This document shows, one piece after another, positions 7,253 through 12,896 of a DNA stretch of 12,896 nt. Made by a program: the position numbers and the translations under genes. Below the pieces are notes generated by a model. It was not told the origin of the DNA. It was given only the letters and a program-made list of their open reading frames with translations, and ran no database searches. The stretch's first letter is position 1; each line of letters begins with the position of its first letter. The stretch lies in the UHGV virus genome UHGV-0181219; one strand, given 5' to 3'. The DNA comes from a virus.

Positions 7253-7278
7253 CCCGGCCACCGAGCCGGGTTTTTTTT
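7253..7278 (+). terminator. Rho-independent terminator closing the cI-cassette transcription unit
   Basis: Stem CCCGGC/GCCGGG (7253-7258 and 7265-7270), 6-nt loop, then TTTTTTTT at 7271-7278, starting 8 nt after the stop codon. Confidence 0.7.
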
Positions 7279-7452
7279 GCCTCTCGATCCCCCACCTAAA
7301 AACACATAACCAATTGTATTTATTGATGTAACTCGCTAAACCATGCAGTTCTGATCCCTGCCGCATAACCTTCATCAGCCACATTTTCAAAAATAAATTT
7401 CCTTATATATCATAATCATACTTCGTAGAGTTAATAAATCACCAAAATTCGT

Positions 7453-7485
7453 ACCAATAGTTCTTGATAATGTCGAACTATTGGT
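7453..7485. promoter_or_regulatory. 33-bp inverted repeat overlapping the putative PL -35; OL-like operator or other regulator site
   Basis: Perfect 11-bp arms ACCAATAGTTC (7453-7463) and GAACTATTGGT (7475-7485) around an 11-bp spacer that contains TTGATA (7464-7469). CATTAT lies 17 bp downstream at 7487-7492. Confidence 0.35.
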
Positions 7486-7561
7486 TCATTATTATCATCA
7501 TCAGCAGGACGCATTACTCACCATGGCGGTGAATATACAACGATTCAAACATGAATCTACG

Positions 7562-7576
7562 GCGCTGACAAAGCGC
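7562..7576 (+). promoter_or_regulatory. nutL boxB hairpin (P22-type)
   Basis: GCGCTGACAAAGCGC: 5-bp GC-rich stem with a GACAA pentaloop, matching the P22 nutL boxB as I recall it. It lies about 130 nt upstream of the N start. Confidence 0.6.
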
Positions 7577-7704
7577 AATAACCAAAGTGAACTTTGGGGT
7601 GAATGCAGAAGCTAATCTTCTCGGCGGAGGCGCTTTGCAATGATTACGCGACCGGAGTTAGTCGCCCGGCTGTATTCACCGCCAAAGTTCACCAGGAGGT
7701 CTAT

Positions 7705-8088
7705 ATGACACGCAGAACTCAGTTCAAAGGCAATTCACGTTCTCGTCGTCGTGAGCGTTTAAAGGCAAAGGCATTAGCTAACGGCGTACTGGCCCGCGAA
7801 GAAGCAATAAGTTCAGAAGTATTACACCGCCCTACTCTAAGCAGAGCGCAGATTCAGGCTAAAGGTACTCACGAAACGCCTGAGCGCATAGAAGACGCTA
7901 AGCCAATTAAGTTCATGGCACAGGACGTGATCTGGCAACAGAAAGAATACAGACGCAATCTGGAGAGAGCGGCCATTGTGTACGCGAATGAGTTTGGACA
8001 TAAGCAACCAGAAACTGGTGTATGTCTTCCAAATGTAGCTCTTTACGCGGCAGGCTACCGGAAATCAAAACAACTGACAGCGAGGTAA
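7705..8088 (+). CDS. N: N-type transcription antitermination protein (P22 gp24-like)
   Basis: Start at the ATG at 7705-7707, with AGGAGG 5 nt upstream. Arginine-rich motif near the N-terminus (NSRSRRRERLKAKA). C-terminus ...LPNVALYAAGYRKSKQLTAR closely matches P22 gp24 (...LPGVALYAAGHRKSKQITAR). Confidence 0.85.
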   Translation: MTRRTQFKGNSRSRRRERLKAKALANGVLAREEAISSEVLHRPTLSRAQIQAKGTHETPERIEDAKPIKFMAQDVIWQQKEYRRNLERAAIVYANEFGHKQPETGVCLPNVALYAAGYRKSKQLTAR

Positions 8089-8091
8089 GTG

Positions 8092-8316
8092 ATGAATCAG
8101 ACATACATTCCATCATGCTTGAGAAATCTGCCAAAGCAGAAAGCAAAGCCCCGCAAGCAAGCCATAAAGGACGCTAAGGCAGAGGTTATTGATCAAGCAA
8201 TACAATTGCTCAGGGAGGAGTTAAGAAGTGGCAAGCTCGAAGGAATGATGATGCCCTATCAGCGCGGATATCTATCGGCGATTAGTAAGTTGGAAGTATT
8301 GAAGAGTGAATTATGA
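8092..8316 (+). CDS. Hypothetical early-left protein (74 aa)
   Basis: ATG at 8092-8094 with GAGGTAAG upstream. Stop overlaps the next start (ATGA at 8313-8316). No family recognised. Confidence 0.5.
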   Translation: MNQTYIPSCLRNLPKQKAKPRKQAIKDAKAEVIDQAIQLLREELRSGKLEGMMMPYQRGYLSAISKLEVLKSEL

Positions 8317-9005
8317 ACTATCTGGAATTTCCGGATGGTTCATTGTTTTGGCAGCAAACCACTTATTTGAGAGGAATTAATATGTCATCAATCCGCTTAA
8401 CTACGAGAATGAAAGAGAAAATCGCTCGTAACGCTTTAATTAAGTCTGGGGTTTTCGCTGAACTTGAAGAAGTAACAAAGTTAAAGAACCAGCTTGCACT
8501 TGACGCCAGAGTTATTGCGTTTGGCGGTAAAAAGAAAACTGAGGAAGTGGATCAGTTATCATCCAGGTTAGTAGCTATAAGTGAAGAACTTGAAAAGATG
8601 GGATGTTCATTTTACTCATGCGATGTTCGTTCTACTTCAATTTATCTGACTGTATCTGGCAGAAGGGTTGGATGGCTTTCATATGGGAAAGACGGCAACG
8701 GCGAAGATATATTGCTCCCTACTCCGACCAAAGATAAATGCATGTTTGACGCAGAACACGAAATAACAAAAAGGTTTGATGAAATCTGCGCATTGCAACA
8801 AAAACTTGAAGCCAAGAAAAAGGATATCGAATCAAATGTATGGGCTGCTTTGAACTCAGTCACAACAGTTAAGCGACTTATTGAAGTTTGGCCTGAAAGC
8901 AAAGAATTGCTACCAAAAGAAGCAGATAAAGCAAGTACAGCACTTCCTGCTTTACGGGTAGAAGATTTGAATAAGATGATTGGACTTCCTTCCGAGGCCG
9001 CATAG
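8313..9005 (+). CDS. Hypothetical early-left protein (230 aa)
   Basis: Long ORF coupled to the upstream gene. An alternative start at the ATG at 8382-8384 (MSSIRLT...) with a GAGG RBS is also plausible. No family recognised. Confidence 0.6.
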   Translation: MNYLEFPDGSLFWQQTTYLRGINMSSIRLTTRMKEKIARNALIKSGVFAELEEVTKLKNQLALDARVIAFGGKKKTEEVDQLSSRLVAISEELEKMGCSFYSCDVRSTSIYLTVSGRRVGWLSYGKDGNGEDILLPTPTKDKCMFDAEHEITKRFDEICALQQKLEAKKKDIESNVWAALNSVTTVKRLIEVWPESKELLPKEADKASTALPALRVEDLNKMIGLPSEAA

Positions 9006-9020
9006 TCGGCCTTTATTTTT
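8995..9020 (+). terminator. Rho-independent terminator (tL-like)
   Basis: Stem AGGCCG/CGGCCT (8995-9000 and 9007-9012) followed by TTATTTTT at 9013-9020. It overlaps the stop codon of the 230-aa gene. Confidence 0.55.
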
Positions 9021-9139
9021 GGCATAAACAACAGAATAAACACTGCACTGTGTATTCATTCCAACGAGTAAATACACGGAGCAATGTCGCTCGTAACTAA
9101 ACAGGAGCCGACTTGTTCTGATTATTGGAAATCTTCTTT

Positions 9140-9164
9140 GCCCTCCTAAGTGAGGGCTTTTTTA
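9140..9164 (+). terminator. Second tL-like hairpin with a U-tract
   Basis: GCCCTC-CTAAGT-GAGGGC followed by TTTTTTAT. Confidence 0.45.
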
Positions 9165-9229
9165 TATGCATACCAATAACGCTTCACTTGAGGCGTTTTC
9201 GTTATGCAATCAAACAGAAGGAGTTACCC

Positions 9230-9364
9230 ATGATGCACTTTCAGTTCGCGGGTAGCGGCGTCATGTCCGCTTTCTACCCGCACGAATCTGAATTATCACG
9301 CCGAGTTAAACAATTAATCAGAGCAGCAAAGAAACAACTGGAGGCGTTATGCGCAATGAAATAG
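9230..9364 (+). CDS. cIII: CIII-type protein (FtsH inhibitor, stabiliser of CII)
   Basis: 44-aa product MMHFQFAGSGVMSAFYPHESELSRRVKQLIRAAKKQLEALCAMK, with AAGGAG 7 nt upstream. The AG...PSES/HESEL...R pattern matches lambda and P22 CIII as recalled. The track's longer ORF from 9125 is an upstream extension. Confidence 0.75.
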   Translation: MMHFQFAGSGVMSAFYPHESELSRRVKQLIRAAKKQLEALCAMK

Positions 9365-9501
9365 TCATTAATCACCAGATGCTTCGTGCTGCACAGAACA
9401 AAGCAGTAATAGCCAGATTTATTGGTGATTCCAAAATGTGGCTTGAAGCAAATAAAGCGATGAAATCAGCTATCAACCTTCCGTTGTATCGCAGGAAATG
9501 A
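9349..9501 (+). CDS. kil: Kil-like small protein (host cell-division inhibitor)
   Basis: 50-aa ORF absent from the supplied track (too short). MRNEIVINHQMLRAAQNKAVIARFIGDSKMWLEANKAMKSAINLPLYRRK carries the IA-x-FIGD-x-KM motif I recall from lambda Kil. It overlaps the cIII stop in another frame. Confidence 0.5.
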   Translation: MRNEIVINHQMLRAAQNKAVIARFIGDSKMWLEANKAMKSAINLPLYRRK

Positions 9502-9582
9502 GTTTTACAGATAACTGGTCAGACGAAGAATTCATTCGTCAGATGAACAAAATGCTCAATCAGCACAAAGAACAGGAGAAAG

Positions 9583-9894
9583 ATGATGATTCTGACTCTG
9601 AATGATAAGCGTGAAATATCGCAAATAATCGCAAGTTTTACTGATGAAGATTACGAACGAATCAACAGTGAAGTTGATCGCCTCTGCAAACGTTGCGACC
9701 CAATAAGCGAAATGCTTCGCTCATATAAACCAGATGAACACACTAAGGACGCTATCGACTGGCTGGAAGATTATGACTGTAACTATCAGGAAAAAGCCGC
9801 TGAATGGTTCTGGGATGCAATAACCGAAAGAGTTAAGGCTGAATATGCCTTCGCAATATTCAAACGCAGACACGTTTATGGAGAAGCAGCATGA
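9583..9894 (+). CDS. Hypothetical protein in the gam/abc position upstream of recT (possible RecBCD modulator)
   Basis: ATG with AGGAGAA RBS. Stop overlaps the recT start (ATGA at 9891-9894). The functional guess rests on position only. Confidence 0.6.
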   Translation: MMILTLNDKREISQIIASFTDEDYERINSEVDRLCKRCDPISEMLRSYKPDEHTKDAIDWLEDYDCNYQEKAAEWFWDAITERVKAEYAFAIFKRRHVYGEAA

Positions 9895-10802
9895 GCAATA
9901 TCGTTGAATTCGTTAAACAGCAAGAGCAGTTATTCTGCGGAGCATTGACTGAACAGACGGTGACATGGGCTAAGGAAAGCCAGTTTGCAATTCAGTATTT
10001 CCAGAAAAATGATTACCTGGCTAAAACAGCACTGGCAAATCCAACCAGCGCACAGAACGCCATCATCAATGTTGCGGCGATCGGTATCACCTTAAACCCG
10101 GCTAGCAAACTGGCTTATCTGGTTCCGCGCGACGGCATGGTGTGCCTTGATATCAGTTATATGGGATTGCTCCATATTGCAATGGAGTCTGGTGTTATCT
10201 CATGGGGTCAGGCAAAACTTGTTCATGCTAACGATACCTATGAGTCAAACGGGCTTGATAAAGCACCAACCCATAAATACAACGCCTTCGGTGATCGTGG
10301 TGATATTGTTGGCGTTTACTGCACAGTTAAGACGCCAGCAGGTGATTATCTAACGGAAGAGATGAGTCTGGCTGAAATTGAGGCTGTAAGGAAAACAAGC
10401 AAGGCAGCATTCAGCGATAAAGGACCATGGGTAAATCACTGGAATGAGATGGCGCGAAAGACGGTCGTAAAGCGTGCAAGCAAGTATTGGCCTAAGGCAT
10501 CACGTCTTGATAGTGCTATTCACGTACTAAACGAAGAAGAGGGTGTGTGGACTGAACCAGTTATGCCGCACAAATCAGAGGAAGATATCCGCGAAGATGA
10601 ACGGAAACGCCAGCAGGAAATAATGGATAAAGCACAACTTCTTTGCGATGAAATGGCTCAGGCAGAAAACATGGATGATTTGAAGCGATATTTTGCAGAA
10701 GCATATCGCCTGACATCTGGAATGAAATTGCAGCAGAACGTACAAGCCATTTACATAGAATGCAAAGCGAAACTGGAGGTTGCCAGTGAGCAAACTGTAT
10801 GA
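9891..10802 (+). CDS. recT: RecT-family single-strand annealing recombinase
   Basis: 303-aa product containing GPWVNHWNEMARKTVVKRASKYWP, which matches the conserved RecT segment GPWVTHWEEMAKKTAIRRLFKYLP from Rac RecT as recalled. Confidence 0.85.
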   Translation: MSNIVEFVKQQEQLFCGALTEQTVTWAKESQFAIQYFQKNDYLAKTALANPTSAQNAIINVAAIGITLNPASKLAYLVPRDGMVCLDISYMGLLHIAMESGVISWGQAKLVHANDTYESNGLDKAPTHKYNAFGDRGDIVGVYCTVKTPAGDYLTEEMSLAEIEAVRKTSKAAFSDKGPWVNHWNEMARKTVVKRASKYWPKASRLDSAIHVLNEEEGVWTEPVMPHKSEEDIREDERKRQQEIMDKAQLLCDEMAQAENMDDLKRYFAEAYRLTSGMKLQQNVQAIYIECKAKLEVASEQTV

Positions 10803-11268
10803 AATTGCCAATGAATACGCAAAGCTGATGGATTCAGATTTAGAGCCAGAGATGATTGCTGACACAATAGAAGGCATGGAAGGAGAATTTACCGATAAAA
10901 TAGAGCAACTTCTTTCCGTCATTAAAAATGAATCTGGTTATGCTGAACGCCTCAAGGAAGAGGCAAAGTCACTGAATGAGCGAGCCGCAGTAATTCAAAA
11001 TAAGATTGACAGCATCAAATCATATATAGCGTCATCGCTTGAAATGGTTGGCAAGAAAAATATTCGAGCAGGTATTCACCAGGTAACAATCCGCAAACCG
11101 TCAGAAATTGTAGAAATCATCGACTCAAGCGCCCTTCCTCCTGAATACGTTGAGTTTGAAACGACAATTAAAGCCGACAAACTGGCAATCAAACACCAAC
11201 TAAAAGCAGGAATAAATATCCCCGGCGCTCAACTCAAAGTTGGGAAACCTTCACTTCTTATCAAATAA
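10786..11268 (+). CDS. Coiled-coil protein, possibly Gp157-family, accompanying RecT
   Basis: Probable GTG start at 10786 with GGAGGT 5 nt upstream (the track used TTG at 10780). Coiled-coil-rich sequence. Family assignment is by size, position and composition only. Confidence 0.5.
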   Translation: MSKLYEIANEYAKLMDSDLEPEMIADTIEGMEGEFTDKIEQLLSVIKNESGYAERLKEEAKSLNERAAVIQNKIDSIKSYIASSLEMVGKKNIRAGIHQVTIRKPSEIVEIIDSSALPPEYVEFETTIKADKLAIKHQLKAGINIPGAQLKVGKPSLLIK

Positions 11269-11279
11269 CGGTATCGACT

Positions 11280-11594
11280 ATGAAAAAGACTCCATGGGAG
11301 AAATGGGAAGTCGATTTCTTGCGCGAAGTAGCGGCGACAATGCCAGTTGAAGTTATCGCTGAAAAACTGGAAAGGACTGAAAAAGCAGTAATGGCAAAAG
11401 CAACAAGGATTGGCGCTGACATTGTTAGCCGACTTCGTGGAAGACGCTGGACAAGAGCCGAAGTATCACTTTTCGGTAAGTTCTCCGCAGAAGAAATAGC
11501 AATTGCAACCTGCCGCTCAATTTATTCAGTAAGAGCTATGCGATACAAGCTAAAAAAACTCGATGAAGAAAGAGCAGGCATACGAATAAATTAA
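11280..11594 (+). CDS. Hypothetical protein with an internal tandem duplication of a W-x3-EV...EEIA...R(T/S) motif (possible HTH/SANT-like)
   Basis: 104-aa ORF. The two halves ([12 protein letters not shown]...[14 protein letters not shown] and [29 protein letters not shown]) align by eye. Confidence 0.55.
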   Translation: MKKTPWEKWEVDFLREVAATMPVEVIAEKLERTEKAVMAKATRIGADIVSRLRGRRWTRAEVSLFGKFSAEEIAIATCRSIYSVRAMRYKLKKLDEERAGIRIN

Positions 11595-11610
11595 CAAAGA
11601 GGAATTTACA

Positions 11611-11778
11611 ATGAGAGGACTTGCATACAATCCCGGCATTCTTCCGGCAGAAATGATTATTCGCCAACGCGTAAAGCCAATGCCATCGAGAGAGGAATTG
11701 CTAAAGAGAAATAGTTTCGGTTCTGTTAACGACAACAGATATCTGAATGCGATGTGGCGTAAAGGAGGCAAACAGTGA
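11611..11778 (+). CDS. Small hypothetical protein (55 aa)
   Basis: ATG with AAGAGGA RBS, absent from the track (below its size cut-off). Stop overlaps the GTG start of the next gene (GTGA). Confidence 0.35.
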   Translation: MRGLAYNPGILPAEMIIRQRVKPMPSREELLKRNSFGSVNDNRYLNAMWRKGGKQ

Positions 11779-12620
11779 GCAAAATTAATTACCAGGCACT
11801 GCGTGAGGCGGCAGAGAAAGCAACGTTGGGAGACTGGGACTCATATAAACCACACCGTGGCGCACGTGGTTATGAGGTCCGACTAAGTAGTCAGGCCATT
11901 GCGCAACACGTTCTGAAAAACAACGCTGAATTTATTGCTGCCTTTAATCCAAAGGTTGCTTTGGCACTACTGGATGAACGGGAAAAAAACCAGCAATACA
12001 TAAAACGCCCCGACCAGGAGAACGAGGATATTGCGCTAACGGTAGGGAAGCTGAGTGTTGAGCTGGAAGCATCAGAGAACAACCTTATTGATAGTGAATG
12101 CCATGTTGCTGAACTGGAAGAAGCGCTACGCGATAAGCAGGCGTTACTTGAAGCATCAGAGAAGCGCATAGCAGAACTGCGAGACTGGAATGCTGGGCTG
12201 GCACAGGAGTCATTAACGTATCAGCAGAGGGTAGCAGAACTGGAAGTAATCAAATCCGCTGCGGAAAAACTGGTTCGCTGTAAAGGCCGCTATCACAGTG
12301 AGCAAAACTATCGTGCGCTGGCAGCGTTGTTTGGCGTAACAGTGCCAGATTTACCGCCACTGGAAGCCGAATCTGTAAGCCAAACTTACAAGTTGAACGA
12401 GCTGTCGGGCAACTCTCCGGTAAGTCCGGGTGGTTGGATAAGCTGTAGTGAGCGAATGCCGAACGACGCGCAGTGGTGCGTAGTTGACGCCGCAGACGGG
12501 TATTACGTGCAATGCTGGTCTGAAGGTCAAGGATGGCTTGGAGATGACATCAGCCTACGTAATTGCGATGTAATCAGATGGATGGCGATTCCTGAACCGC
12601 CGGAGCAGGATGGTGAATGA
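11775..12620 (+). CDS. Ea22-like early protein with a C-terminal DUF551-type domain
   Basis: GTG start with AAAGGAGG upstream. Central coiled coil. The C-terminus ([20 protein letters not shown]...[10 protein letters not shown]) resembles the DUF551 domain common in enterobacterial prophage Ea22-like proteins as recalled. Confidence 0.6.
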   Translation: MSKINYQALREAAEKATLGDWDSYKPHRGARGYEVRLSSQAIAQHVLKNNAEFIAAFNPKVALALLDEREKNQQYIKRPDQENEDIALTVGKLSVELEASENNLIDSECHVAELEEALRDKQALLEASEKRIAELRDWNAGLAQESLTYQQRVAELEVIKSAAEKLVRCKGRYHSEQNYRALAALFGVTVPDLPPLEAESVSQTYKLNELSGNSPVSPGGWISCSERMPNDAQWCVVDAADGYYVQCWSEGQGWLGDDISLRNCDVIRWMAIPEPPEQDGE

Positions 12621-12807
12621 TGCCGCCAGTTAAAGTTGTGATTATCACTTTGGTGATGATAGTGATTGCGAGAATCATGTCTGGTGAAGTTTGGTGGATA
12701 TGGTAATGGCTAAGGCAGCAGCAGAGCGCAACTAACAATCCTCGCACTGACGGGGATTTCTTTTATCTGAACTCGCTACGGCGGGTTTTGTTTTATGGAG
12801 ACAAGAA

Positions 12808-12896
12808 ATGTCAGATTTGGCTATGAAGGTTTTGAAATGGCAATCGACTGGCGATGTCGGCATCAGTAGCGCAACTCTTGCCTCAATCGCATGTGG
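12808..12896 (+). CDS. 5' end of a further hypothetical gene running off the window
   Basis: ATG at 12808 with GGAG 8 nt upstream; open to the window end (MSDLAMKVLKWQSTGDVGISSATLASIACG...). Confidence 0.3.
   Translation, partial: MSDLAMKVLKWQSTGDVGISSATLASIAC

Noticed and set aside
7603-7704. Upstream extension of the N ORF (track start at 7603)
   Set aside because: The extension would begin inside the nutL leader about 40 nt after boxB and lacks an RBS. The ATG at 7705 has AGGAGG upstream and places the arginine-rich motif at the N-terminus as in N proteins.
7913-11771. ORFs 7913..8146 (-), 8642..9043 (-), 10147..10353 (+), 10575..10922 (-), 11550..11771 (-)
   Set aside because: Each is antisense or out of frame within a supported plus-strand gene (N, the 230-aa gene, recT, the Gp157-like gene, the small early gene) and opposes the uniform rightward operon.
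11891-12169. 92-aa minus-strand ORF inside the Ea22-like gene
   Set aside because: Ser/Ala-rich low-complexity translation antisense to a coiled-coil coding region; a typical artefact.

Overview
This window reads as the immunity and early region of a lambdoid (P22-like) enterobacterial prophage, shown in reverse orientation relative to the usual lambda map. All identifications are from reading the sequence and recalled family signatures; no database or HMM search was run. Minus strand, early-right operon from high to low coordinates: cro-like, nutR, cII, an HNH-domain protein, an O-like replication initiator with internal iteron repeats, a DnaC-like helicase loader, ren-like, a tR2-like terminator, a small Cys-rich ORF, ninB, an HNH-AP2 homing endonuclease, and the start of a Dam-like methyltransferase. 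Plus strand: cI-type S24 repressor, then a two-gene AT-rich cassette closed by a strong terminator, then the PL/nutL region, N antiterminator, small early-left genes, cIII, kil, RecT, a Gp157-like protein and an Ea22-like protein. The most interesting element is that two-gene cassette (5837-7245), a minimal nucleotidyltransferase plus an unrecognised 310-aa partner, sitting exactly where lambda carries rexAB. I propose it as a candidate uncharacterised phage-exclusion or toxin-antitoxin-like module. No rRNA, tRNA, CRISPR array, integrase or transposase was seen.
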